Shown in pieces: positions 35,201 through 48,800 of a stretch of 64,000 nucleotides of DNA. The notes below the pieces were generated by a model that worked only from the letters and a program-made list of their open reading frames with translations, had not been told where the DNA came from and searched no databases. A program made the translations under genes and the position numbers. Numbering within the stretch: position 1 is the first letter of the stretch; every line of letters starts with the position of its first letter. This stretch comes from Euglena gracilis. Lineage: Eukaryota. Where the stretch lies: positions 33,519,455 through 33,583,454 of the forward strand of contig CP154954.1 in NCBI GenBank assembly GCA_039621445.1. The letters run 5' to 3'.

Positions 35201-38200
35201 TGCAAAGTGCCGCACCAAAAGCAAATATGGTGCAAAGGTGCAAAATCGCACGGTGGTTTACCCAGTGGTTCACTGCTGTTGACGTGAAATCGGTCCAGAA
35301 ATTATGTAATATGCAACTTCCAGTTCCTTGTAATAGAGCAGTTTGCAAAAAAAAAAAAAAACCATCGTAAAGGTAAATGTGCAAAAAATTGTAAAAAATG
35401 CGACTTTTCACAAATTTTCCAACCATGCAATTTTTTCAAGAAATGCTTGCTTATCCCCCCCCCTGGTACTGTACGGGGTGTCAGAGGTCCTAACGCTTCA
35501 TTTTTAGGTCCACAGTTATTTCCTTTGATTTGCCCATCCTGTAGATATTTTGAAATTTCCATTTTCGAGATATCTTTGAAACATCGATTTTCGACACCCC
35601 AAACCAGCCCAAAATGGACTCGAAAATGGGCCAAAGTTGGCCGAAGAATGGCCGTAACTCGGGCTACATCAAGAGTTGGGAAAAAAATAAAAGATGGTTG
35701 GATAGGGCATTCCGAGGGCTTCATCTTTTGGTCGTCGGACATTTCCTTCATCTTCCTTTCCTTCAAAATAGTTTGAAAAATTGATTTTAGACCCAAAAAA
35801 GGCCTAAAAACTCCCCCAAATGGCTGTTTTGGGCAAAAAAAAAAGCGGGCCAGAACACAAACCAGGCATGTCCGTATGGAATGCTTTCAATTTTGGTCAA
35901 TATCCATTTTGGAACGATGGTTTTCCAAAATCGCGACATTGGCTGATTCTTTTGATTTGGCATTGGAAATAGATGCCTTTTCATCCAATGCACATGCCCG
36001 TTTGCCACGTCATTGGTCACAACACTCGGCAGCTAAAACAGCATCCAGGGGCGATAAAGGGTCTCTGGGGCACATTTGTTTTGGCAGACACTTTCCGAAA
36101 TGCAATGTGAATTTTCTTGAATTATTTCCGAAAAAAAAGCTTTTGACCGAAAATAACACCCCAGCCAAATGGCAGAGTCAAAATTGGGGGGGGGGGGTTA
36201 ATCCTACCCAGTTTGGACCCCTTGTCGGCTGAATAACCCGAGCCTGGCAGGGAGTTGGGGGGTCAAACAGAGGTGATTCAGAAAGCCAGGATCCAGGCGC
36301 CCGCAAAAAATTCAGGGAATGGGTCCAAGGTCATGGTGATAATCCGCTGTTTTCATTACCTGCCCAGGGGTGGGGGTTCTTCACCCCCCCCCCTTTCCCT
36401 GGTGGTGAGCTTCGCTAACTCTGAAGAAATAAAACCTCAAGCTACATAGCCCCCACCCCAAATGTGAAGCCCGCGGGATGATACCATTCAGGGAAAAAAA
36501 CAGAAATTTTTGGGTGGATAAAACAGTATTCCAGCAGAACTCCATGCTGCACAAAAAATGCACATTTCGGTACGCGATAAGAGATATGCAACCCAAAATT
36601 CTGACATATTGGCATTTTACCGCATTTGAAGACCGCCAAAATGTTGTAGGCCACCCAGAAAAGTTTTTCCCCTCACATGGCCCCAAGGGTCTTCACACCG
36701 AAATTCACACCGGGGGGGCTTTTGTATTTGGCGTGTTTGCTTCAGTTGAAAGAAAACACTATTTGACCTTTCTTGCTTGACACTTTGACACTTTGTGGTA
36801 AACAGATGATGTGGCAATGTGTTCCAAGCGCCAGCATGATGCAAAGCAGGTCAGTTTTTTTGAGCTACTTCGCAATAGCACACCCACGGACGGCAAGAGG
36901 CGCTGGGCGTAATTTGTCCCAAGTGTGCGATAGAGCTGTGTAAGGTCATTGCCAGGGCGGTACAAAACTCGGAGTGTGAGATCAGGTCAAAGATGCTGTT
37001 CGGCCAACCCAAAAGCAGAAATATTCTCCAGACCTATCATCGATGTCAACAAGAATGGAACGATCTCAGACATGAGCACAGTTCCCATTGAGGTATGAGG
37101 ATGGGGGGTCCCGTGGGCTAGCTGGAAAAAGGTGCTGGCTGGAAAAAAGGTGTTGGTTAAGTGGGGGTTCCGGGGGGGGGGGGGGGGGCTGGTGGCTGGA
37201 CCTGGCGGGTAGCAAAAAAATGGGTTGGGATATTTCAGCCAAAGATTGGAGAAAACCATGGCCATTTTGAACAAGACATCGCGCAGTGACCTCCCTGGGT
37301 CCACCTCAGAGGCTGGAAAAAAAAATGGGCTGGCTGAAAAAAATTGGGCTGGCTGGAAAAAGGCAATCCCCCCCTTGCCCCCCCCCATAGGGGTCCCCCA
37401 GCTAGAAGTGGGCCCGACCCGGGGTCAAATTGGGTTCCAAAAAAAATCGAAAAGCCAAAAAAATGCCCAAAAAACTGCCAATTATGCAAAAAATGGATTT
37501 TTTTTTGACCCCAAATATGCACTAGCTAGCTCAAATCCGACCCGTTTCTGCCCAATTTCCCTCGAAAGTCAAAAATCTGTTACTGTCCAGCCGCACAAAG
37601 GGCGGCTGGAAAAAAATCAAAACTCGTCGACGGGGCGAAAACGACTGCTGGCTGGAAAAAAGCTGCTGGCTGGCTGGACTCCCCCCCCCCAGGGGGATGG
37701 GTCCACTTCGTTTCGGCAAATGACACCCTGTTACTGTTTTGAACCATTCTTGCAAAAATTTTGGCGCGTTGCGCCAAAAATATTTTTGTTCCAGCCCAGC
37801 TTCACTAAGCTGGTCCCAACCATGCTTGTGCTTACCGACCGGGGGGGGAGGGTGGGTGCTATAGGGTGCCTGCCCCTAGTGGGCACACCCCACCCGGGGG
37901 GGGGGGGGGGGCCGGGGGGCCCAGAAAATTTTCATTAAAAATGGCCTTTTCTGGGCCCCCGGCGCCTTTGGCGTCGGGGTCGGAGGGGGGTGCCTGCTGT
38001 GGGCAGGCACCCCCCCAAAACCCCACCCTGCCCTGCCTGTGGGTGGGTGCTATGGGGTGCCTGCCCCTAGCACCCACCCACCCACCGTGGGGTGGGCACC
38101 CGACTAAGCACAAGCCTCCTCCCAACTTTCAGTGGCCCCCAGGATTCCACAGCCCGGCTAGGAGCTGCTGACAAGTTTTTGGAACTTTTTGACAGAATTT

Positions 38201-39767
38201 TTGAAAAAATGTTCAAAATTTATTCGAAAAATTTGACAGCACTTGCGAGACACTTTGACAAACTTCTGCAAAAAATTGACACAGAAATTGAAACGTTGGT
38301 GTGGCGTTTTGTGCGATAGGGCAGTTTCAGGGACTAAAAAAAATTCAAATAAAATGCCATTTTTTCAAAAACCATGCAAAAAAACATGTCAAAAACTTTC
38401 AAAAAAACCCTGTGAAAACGCTCAGGAATTCTGTTAAATTTTTTTCATCAGTTCTGTCATTTCTTTGCGAGAATTAGTCAATTCATTCCAAGGATAGAGG
38501 GCGCCGGCTGCAAGGAATTGGTTCCACATCAACTTTTCAGGGGGGTGAAATTGAACGCAAAAGGGTTAATTTAAACGTTGCCAGAGGGAGAATAAAACAA
38601 CAAAAAAACCGCAGGGGTTTTTGGGGCAGCCTGCAAAAAGTTCACTCCCTTGCTGGAAAAAAATTTAACGCAGCCAAATTGGGAAAAGATATCAGTGGTG
38701 TTACCACATTCGCGATTCCCAGCAAAGAGCACCTTTTGTGACCATTTGCAAGTCACGACTTCCAGAGGCAGATGATATTTCGGAAGGTCGTGTCCGGCAG
38801 TCATAAATTATCGGCCACTCCACAAATGGGAGCTTGAAATTCATCCCAGGTGAATACACACGGTTCTGTGGAACAACCAATGAAAATTTGCATATAATGA
38901 TGTTCCTCAAAAAATTCCTCCAATAAAGTAAAGCCCCAGAGTCAACTCTCAGGAAAAAAATACCCTCTTGATTTTTTATGAAAAAAAATATGCTAAAAAT
39001 GGATCAAATATCACACAGGTGCGCAAGGGAAAATGGAAACCTCGACCAAATATGGACAGTAAGTGTGGCCCCGCTGACGGTCTTAAACCCCCCCCCCCCC
39101 CGCTGACGTTGTAGATTCCTCCCGAATCCAGAACCGAGGTCCATATTTTTCTAAGGCTCCTTGCTCCCAAAGTCTTGGCCCCAACAAAAACATTTGCAGT
39201 GCAGGCCCGAGAGCCCAAAACGCTGTCCGTTTATTTGCGTGGATTCTGTTCTCCTCCTTCTCTTCTTCATTGCTTGAATGTTTTCTTTGAATGCTGAGTT
39301 TTGTCCGAACAGGACAAAAGTTTTGGTTTATGAGTGCCTTTACGAGGATGGATTTCTCCAGCTTCTTTCATGAGCAAGTCCCCCCGCCCCCAAGGTGCTA
39401 TGAGCAGGCAGGGGGGTTGGGCACTCTCGACCCGGGGGGGAGGGGGGGTTGGGTTTGGGGTGGGCATTTTTTCTTGAAACCATGTATTGAAGCTCTGGCT
39501 TCACGCCCGAACTGGTGTCCAGAACGCCGGTTCGGGCGGAAAGACAGTGTCCAGGGGACCCAAAATAAAAAGTGCCAAAAAGTGTCCAAAATGGTTTTTA
39601 GACACGTGGCAATCATATCTGAGCAGTTTTTGGGGGGGTATTTAGCCAGAAATTGGGGTATTTTGTGCAACAATTTCATTTGGTCAAATTTGGGGGATTT
39701 CTGAAATAGAATATATATATATATATACCATGGTATGTGTGGTATACGCGCTATATGTGCTGTATGG

Positions 39768-39817
<50 letters not shown>

Positions 39818-42800
39818 GTGCAGCACGGCTGAAATCTAAGGCCATATGCTGAAAGCCCTTGAGAAGGGCTATTGATCAAGGGGCAACATGGCAGGTGAAC
39901 AGTGGATTTGGAATTTGCCAAAAAGGTCGGAACATGCGATCGGCGATTTTCAGGGCGCTGTGCAGTGTGGCTGAGTTCTGAGGGTACCAAATGAAAGCTC
40001 ATGGGGAGAGCTTTCGATTGATATGCTGTATGGCACCTGAGGTGTGGGATTTCACAAATTAAGATGTCAAATTTTGGAATACACGATCGCTGAAAATAAG
40101 CGCTGTGTGCATTATTGCTGAATCCTGTGGCCATCTGTCAAAAGCCCTTGAGAAGGGCTTTCGATTGATGGGTAACATGGCATCACATTTGTGAAAACTT
40201 CAATCGGCTGATCGACATCGCCATTCCCCCAAAGGAGGTCAAAAATGCTCAAAAAGGTTCAAAAAATGGGTATTTAGGGCGAAATTGGCCGTGATTCCTT
40301 GAACGCCGGTTCGGGCGTGAAGCCGTGTTTCTGCCGCCCAAACCGGCGTTCTGAAACACGGCTTCACGCCCGAACCGGCGTTCTGAACACAGTTTTCGTA
40401 TCAGAAGCCATTTTCGGGCCGGCAACTTCGACGCCGTGCGATGTGGTATAGCACTGCCCAATGGGCACTGCTATACACATCGCACAGCACTGAAGGTGCC
40501 GGAACCTGAAATGGCCATTTTCAAGGGAATATTGACTGGGTCAGACACGGGACCCAAAGTCGCATACATTTCAAATATTGGTGCTCCCAAAGCCTTTGTG
40601 GGGGTGTGGGGGGGTGGAACCCTTTCTTATGTGCTTTCTGTATTGAGGTCACTCAAAAAATTTGCAAAAAAAAATCCGAAAAATTGGCTTTGGTTATTGT
40701 CCGGGGGGAGGGAGGTCAAGCCACCCCCCGGGGACAGCAAAAAGTTTTCACGCTTTAGAACATTTTTCAAAATCGAAAAATGAAATGTCCACAAAAAATG
40801 GGAAGGGGAGAGTGAGGGTTAATGGGGGGGAGGGGGACGCGCCCCCCCCCCCCCAGACCGCGACCAGGAACAAGAATTTGGAAAACCGAATTTTCATAAT
40901 GATCTGGAAAAAAATGATAATCAAACTTTTATTCACTGTGAAGCAGAGTTGACATTTGTTTTGCCAACTCCCGCCAAATAGACAAATATCCCATTGGGCT
41001 TGCGCTAAAAAAAATACTCCATTTTAATGCTAATTTTGTGTGTAGCTCGAGTTACGCCCTTAGAATGCCCCCCCAAAAACGCGCATGATAAAACAGGGTC
41101 CATCTGCAAGCAAGAAAATCTGTATTTTGGAAATAACTCCCCAAGGCTGCCAAAGCATCAAACGGGCCAAATAAGAGAAACCCGTCCAACAGCCTGTCTA
41201 ACAGCACCCAGCTTTCCCAGTGACGTGACACCCCAAATGGCCACTCTTGAGGGGGGGACACTTTTGGAGGGGGGGTCCTTCGGCGCTTTTGGTGCCGAAG
41301 GAAAATGGACAGTTGAGGGGGGGGGGGTAAACAAAAACTTGCCAAAATTTTTCGTCACTTGGGGGGACTTTTGGGGGGGGTGAGGGTACTCCCAAAACAA
41401 CAATGTAGGCTTCCCGCAATGTCGTTTTCACCCATTTTGCCGAAAAAAATCAATTTCACCAAAATTTCTTAAAAATGACGGGGAACCAAAAGAAAGTTTT
41501 TGAACATTTTTTTCCCTTGAAAAATTGCCGTCCCGACCCAAAAATGACCAGAAAAGTGACGCATTTTTTTGAATCATTTAACATGTGAAATCACATTTCT
41601 TTGAAAAAAAAGGCCAAAATGTGGCCTGCGCCGGGCACCCCAGCCACCCCCCCCCCCAAAATTGGCGCCCCTCACCCCCCCTCTGCCTAGTCTCCTTTAC
41701 ATGAAGAGTGAAAATCACCCAGGGGGAAAGTCGGACCCCCCTCTTTGGGTCACCAGTGTTTTGTTTGGGTGGGCAAGCAACAAACGTAACCCTAACCCTG
41801 ACCCTGACCCAAACCCCAATCCTCAAACTGTACAGGGGGCCCCGGCTTCACGACCGAATCGGGGTTCAGAACCCCAGGTTGAGCGTGAAGCCGGGGTGTT
41901 GTCAAAAAAGATAAGCTGAAATTTAAAAATGTGTTCAGCCTGCCAAATGCCTGCCCTGAAATTTATGGTCATGAACACGTTTTCCATTAGGGCATCTGTG
42001 GCAGTGACGCGTTTTCCATTATGGCATCTGTGGCAATGGCACGTTTTCCATTAGGGCATTTGTGGAAATCACGTGTAAGACGGAAAATCGTCCGAAAATG
42101 CATTCGGACAAATTTCGACGATCATATCTCTTACTGTGAAAATTGTTCAGGTACAAACTCACCCCTCATCCGAAAGCTCTGCTCATCAAACAACTAGTGA
42201 CAACCACCAAATTCAGCCACGCCGCCTGGTACTGTTGTTTCCTGTCACTGGGAAATCCTAATTTCACAAATCTTGTACCTCCGTGGACCCCAGATTTCCT
42301 CAATTCGAATAGAAAAATCGTTTCTGTATGGTTCGTTAAGCATTTTAAACCAAGCAGCACCCAAAACCACCACAAATTTCGACTCAGATTCTGGCCGATC
42401 TGACGATCTCGGGCTGCTTGCAACGTTTGGGTACCAAGTTACCCATCGATTGAAAGCTCTTTTCAACAGATGGCCAGTGGTGGTCATCAATTTTTTCCAC
42501 GCTTCACGGTGCTCACAAAGTTTGCGGTGGGTTTAGTCATGGGGGAGGGGTAACACGTTTTCCATGAGGGCATCTGTGCAATGACACGTTTTCCATTAGG
42601 GCATCTGTGGCAAGGCACGTTTTCCATTAGAGCGCTTTTTTTTCGGACCGAATTTCACGTTTTCGCGTTTTTCTCCCTTGGCGTGAATCATGACCACAAT
42701 CAGGGCAGGCATTTGGCGGGCTCTGAAAACGTTTTTAAACAAATTGTGGCTGAGCCCAGATTTCAGCCTGAAAACGTGTTCAGCAGGAGGGCCCCCGAAG

Positions 42801-45800
42801 GGGGCCCCTGAACACGTTTTCAGGCTGAAATCTGGGCTCAGCCACAATTTGTGTGTAGAAAAATGGACAAAAATTGGTAAAGGATGACTTCAAATGGGCA
42901 AAAAAATGTAGCCTCCACCAACAATGACGAAAGCGTGACGAAAACCGGGTCATGTTGTTAAACCAATTTTGAGCGGCAGCCAAATTTGGTGTGCCAGTTC
43001 CAAATTTTGGGTGGCAAATTCCGAATTCAGCATTTGACACTTGATGGGCAAATTCCGAATTTCCAGTGTTTAGATTATTCTAGGCTGCATCGAGGTCGAT
43101 GGCCTTCTTCCCTTACCTCACCCATACCTTATCTCCACAAAGCAATGAAAAACTGTTGGAAAACCAATGTTTTCGGGTCATTCTTTTGGTGGTCAGAATT
43201 TTTTGTGGCCCGTTAGGCAAAGGGGGGAGGGGAGTCGGGGGAGGGAGGAGTTTCGGCAAACGGCGCACCGAGTCTTTGGCGGGAAAAAATTGGACAACAA
43301 CCAAAACTGCCCCAAAATCGCCAGCATGAAACTACCCTCCCCCAACGGCACTTGTGGGCTCCGGCCGGGGGGTACAATTGCAATTGGGGGGGGGGGCTCG
43401 GCGGGGTTGCTCAATTACACGACCGAACAATTAATCGGGGCGAACGATTAATCGATTATTATTCGATTATTATTCGATTAATTAAGAAAAAGGCGCCCTC
43501 CCGGGCTTTGGGGCGACGGCAGTACAGTTGGGGTTTTTTGGGGACCCCCCCCTCCCCCCCCTGTACAGTTGGGATTTTTGGGACCCCCCCCCAGTGCCGA
43601 ACGGTCCGAGACATGTGAAAATTTTGACACCAAAAATGGCCTTTTTGGACCAAAAAAAGGCCCTAAAATTTTTTTCTGGCGCCTTCGGCGCCGGTTTTTG
43701 GCCAATTTTGGGGGGGGTTGGCAGTACAGTTGGGACCCCAGGACCCCCCCCCCTGTGTTGAGACAGTACAGCAAAAAGTGTCAAAAAATGCAAAAAAAAC
43801 TGACCTCGGGACCCCCCCTCCCCCCCCCCCCGCCAAAGCTCCTTTCTTAGGGCCTTTGGCCCACGGCTGCCCAGCCCCACAAACTGTGGTGCTGACCCGC
43901 CTTTGACCTTTGTAAACTCCTTTTTTTTCTGGCACGGGGTTTTCTTTTCAGGCGGGTCCCCGGCCACTCCAGTTCTCCGGGTTTTTTTGGATGGTCTTTT
44001 TTGTCAGAGCTTCTTTTTTTCAGAATGGAGCTGTTTATTTTTTGACAGAGCTTCTTTTTTTTTATAGAATGGAGCTGTTGGAAAAGCTTTGCTGATGTGA
44101 TAGAAATGTATGATGCAAACTGGGTCAGGGTTGGGGTTGGGGTTAGGGTTTGGGCCAGGGAGTGGGAAACGGTGGACTGGGGGGGGGGTCCTGGGTGGTC
44201 GGCCGACTAGTCGGCCGACCACCCAATTGGTCGGCCGACTAGGCCTGGTCGGCAGCTAGTCGGCGAGACAGGGGGGGGGGTCCTGGGTGGTCGGCCGACT
44301 AGTCGGCCGACCACCCACTCTAATGTAGTTACGGGCCAGTTTCGCCGACTTTTAAGCCCCCCCCCTGAGAAAAAATTTTGTCCAAATCACCCCAAAACCA
44401 GTCAAAACCCACCCAAATGGCTCCAGAACCCCCCAATCGGGGGTCAATATGCAAAAAAATTGGGGGAAAATGTCCATTTTGGGCCACTTTTGGCAAAAGA
44501 ACACCTCTATCCGTTGTATATAAGTCAATATAAGTCAAATTTTGCACAAAAGGACTTAGCCCTCCAAGTATATTGCCAACATAGAAGGGATTTTGTTATT
44601 TGAGGGGGGTGGGGTGGGGGGGGGGGGCGGAACTCCCGCCGCCTATGCCAAAGTGAGCCACAAAAACGACTTAACCCCGGAGTATGTTGCCAACATAGAA
44701 GGGATTTTGTTATTTGAGGGGGGGGGTGCGGGGGGCGGAGCCCCCCCCGCCTATGCCAAAGTGAGCCACAAAAACGACTTAGCCCCTGAGTATGTTGCCA
44801 ACATAGAAGGGATTTTGTTATTTGAGGGGGGGGGGTGCGGGGGGGGGCGGAGCCCCCCCCCGCCTATGCCAAAGTGAGCCACAAAAACGACTTAACCCCG
44901 GAGTATGTTGCCAACATAGAAGGGATTTTGTTATTTGAGGGGGGGGGGGGGGGTGCGGGGGGGGCGGAGCCCCCCCCCCCGCCTATGCCAAAGTGAGCCA
45001 CAAAAACGACTTCGCCCCGGAGTATGTTGCCAACATAGAAGGGATTTTGTTATTTGAGGGGGGGGGTGCGGGGGGGGCGGAGCCCCCCCCGCCTATGCCA
45101 AAGTGAGCCACAAAAACGACTTAGCCCCTGAGTATGTTGCCAACATAGAAGGGATTTTGTTATCTGGGCTCGGGTGGGGGTGGAGGGGGGAGTTTTCAGC
45201 CTGTCCTGATGCAGAATGCTTGCATTTCTAAAGGATTTTCATGTAATCCCTGTTTCGTCATTGGTTTTTTACCCCTCCGGACCCCATCAAGGGCCCACCG
45301 ACCCCCCACCGACCAAAAATTTCCATCTGAGGGTGTTCCTGTTGGTGTAAGGCACTTATATTGGCCCCATCCGGACCATTTCCGGGTGGTTTGGACCCGC
45401 CACAGACCATTTTTATGCCCACCGACTAGCCACCGACTAGTTTGCATACAATTTTCTTCATAAAAAGTCGGCGAGACTGGCCCGTAACTACATTAGAGTG
45501 GGTGGTCGGCCGACTAGTCGGCCGACCACCCAGGACCCCCCCCCCCAGTCTACCGCCTAGGACCGGGCCAGGGTTCGGATTAGGGTTTGGTACAGGGTTA
45601 GGGTTTCGGGTTAGGGTTGGGGTTAGGGTTCAGGTTACGTTTAAGGTTTAGGGTTTGGTTTAGGGTTAGGGTTCGGGTTACGTTCAAGGTTAGGGTTAGG
45701 TTTAGGGTTTCGGGTTAGGGTTGGGGTTGGGCTCCGGGTTAGACGACCAAGGGCGAAGGCGCCATCCGACAATCGGTGTCTGATTGCGGATGCTCACAAA

Positions 45801-48800
45801 ACGGTCCGGCAGCGAAGGGATTTTGTTATTGGGGGGGGGGGAGGTGCGGGGGGGGGGGGGGGGGGGGGGCCCGCACCCCCCCCCCCCCGGCTAGACGACC
45901 AAGGGCGCTGAAGGCGCCTGCGACAATGGGTGTCTGATTGCGCATGCACACAAAACGGTCCGGCAGAAAAGGGATTTTGTCATTGGGGGCGGGGGGGGGG
46001 GGGGGGGGGGGGGGGGGGCGGCAACCCCCCCCCCCCCGCTAGACGACCAAGGGCGCCGAAGGCGCCCTCTGACAATGCGTGTCTGATTGCGCATGCACAC
46101 AAAACGGTCCGGCACCAAAGGGATTTTGTTATTGGGGGGCGGGGGGGTGCGGCGGGGGGGGGCGGCAGCCCCCCCCCCCCCCCCTAGATGACCAAAGGGA
46201 TTTTGTTATTGGGGGGGCGGGGGGGGGCGGGGGGTGGCAGCCCCCCCCCCGCTAGACGACCAAGGGCGCTGAAGGCGCACTCCGACAATGGGTGTCTGAT
46301 TGCGCATGCTCACAAAACGGTCCGGCAGCAAAGGGATTTTGTTACCACCTCCCCCCCCCTAATTCAAACCCCCCTCTAATAATTGACCAAACGCCCCAGG
46401 AAAATTTTTTCAACCCCCTAATTGACTGCCCGGGGGGATTCTGTGCTGAAGCACCCCCTATTTGACGGTGCGACCCCTTTTTGGGCATTCCCCCCCCCCC
46501 CAAGTTTTTGCATATTCACCCCCGATTGGGGTGTTCTCAAGCCATTTAAGTGGGTTTTTACTGGTTTTGGGGTGATTTGGATAAACGTTTTTTTTCAGGG
46601 GGGGCTTAAATCTCCAGAAGCGGGGGGGTAGTGCGGAATATTGTGGGTCGGCCCGACCTGGTCGGCCCGACCAACACAGGTCGATAAGCACCCACAGGTC
46701 GGGCCGGTCAGGTCGGCCCGACCCGCAATTTGGTAACCCACGATTTTCCGCACGGAGCCCCTTCACTCCCAAGTTTCACAGAACTGGATCAAAAAGAAGA
46801 TATTACCCAAAATTTTTTGCAAATGGACCCCGAATGGGAGTTTCTGGGGCATTTGGGTGGGTTTCGAGTCATTTGAATGAAATTTTTTTGGAGGGGGGGG
46901 GTTAAAAACTTTTTTAGAGGGGGGGGTGGACTAAAAATGGTGGTCGGGCCGACTAGTCGGCCCGACCAATGGTCGCTAGTGACTATTCGCTAGAAAATGG
47001 TCGCTAGCGACCATGGTCGGTGGCGACTACCATTCCCCCCCCCCCTAAACGACCCCCCCCCCTAAATGACCCTCCGGGGTCCCGGCCCAGACAATGGAAA
47101 TTTTTTCAAGAAAAAAGTCTTCAAAAACGACCGATTTTTTTGAGATTTTCAGAATCGTGAGTTTTCCTTCTAGTGGAAATGATGCCAGAGAACACAAATT
47201 TCACAAAAAAATTCCGAAAAAAGGGGTGGGGGGTGTCCGACACCCTTTTTTTCCGACCCCCCCTAAGTGACCCCCCCCCCGCCTAAGTTACCCTCCGGGG
47301 TCTGGGCCGGGACAAGAGGGGGGTCATTTAGGGGAGATCAGGCGGTGACTTTGGGTTTTTCGGGCGGGACCCCCCCTCCCCCCCCCTCTTCATTGGAAAT
47401 ACATGGCGGTGACCTTCACCGGTGAACTTCACCGGTGAAGTTTCTCCATTGAAATTCCTTTAGGGGCGAAGCCCCCAACCCCCCCCCCACCCCTGCCTAA
47501 CCTCCAGGGGGGGTGATGGTAGTCGCTACCGACCACCAAAAAGTCCATCACCAATTTCTCGCTCGGGGCCCCTGGCATTGAGGCAATCTGCCCCAAAAAT
47601 CATGTCATGAAAAAAACTTTAGAGGGGATATTCCCCCCGTGACCCCCCCCCCGACCCGGCCTAAGACCCTTTTCGGCCAATTTTTTTTCTGAAAAATAAC
47701 TTGGCCGTTGATGCCTAATTTGACAAAATATTCAGGTAGATTCAGAATTTTGAGGCATAAACTTTGCAAAATTTGGAATGGTGATGGGGACAAGGCAGTA
47801 CAGTTGGTCAAACCTTGGGACCCCCCCTCCCCCCCCTGTACAGTTCCAACCCCCCCTCCCGGGACCCCCCCCCTCCCCCCCCCACTTCCAACCCCCCCGA
47901 GACAGATGAAAATATTTTAAAAACGGCTTGTTTTTTTTTAAACAAAAAAAACATACTTTTTTAAAGGGGTGGTGCGGGTCGCGGGGGGGGGGTCATGGGG
48001 GGGTCACGAAGGGGGGGTCGCGGGGTCAAATAAGGGGGGGGTCAAATAAGGGGGGGTCAAAATTCCTTTAGAAATAGGGCAAAAAAAATTTCGGCGCCTT
48101 CGGCGCATGAAAAAAAATTTTCCCGGACCCAAATGCTCAATTAAGGGGGGGGTCAAAATTCCGTTTTGGGTGGGGAAATGCACCAGTTTTGGGCACTTCT
48201 TTCAGGGGAAAAGATTTTTGGCCACTTTTGGGTGTGAAAGTGCACTGGGCGGACAAGGATACAAGAAAGTTCCTTGTTTTTTTTAAAAAAAATGCTTTTA
48301 AAAAAGAATGGCAAAAGATCGATTCTCGGGTCACGGGGGGGTCATACAGGTGTAACTGGGGGGGCGGCACGGGGGAGTACCCCCTAAGAAAAAATATGTT
48401 TTTTTAAAAAAAACAAAAAAAACCTCATGGGGGTTTGGGGGAATTTTTTTGAAACTTTTTTTTTAAAAAAAGTCTTTTTTCACCTCTACAGCCTCGTAGT
48501 CCATTAAAGGTGCCGGATGAAGGGTCTGGAAAAACTAAAAATACGTCACTTTTGATGACCAAAAAAATGACCTTAAAACCTTTTCCTCAAAAAATGGCCA
48601 TTTTGCAAGGAAAAAGGTCAATTTTTGCTTTTCTAAAAAAGAAAACATGTTTTTGTGTGGTTTTTTCGGAAAAAAACATATTTTTTGTTCTTTGTTGAAG
48701 AACAAAAAAAAACATCAACCCTGGCTCAATTCCGCATGGTGTGCCAAGGGGGAGTGATTGAAGCTGCTTCCTGCCTTTCTGCTAAGTGTTAAAGTGAAAA

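Noticed and set aside
45570-45741. True telomere or chromosome end
   Set aside because: The tract is short, degenerate and internal to PHB2 intron 1.
44544-46344. CRISPR-like array of regularly spaced repeats
   Set aside because: The intervening sequences are the same apart from homopolymer length, so there are no unique spacers. There are no cas genes, and the context is a eukaryotic intron.
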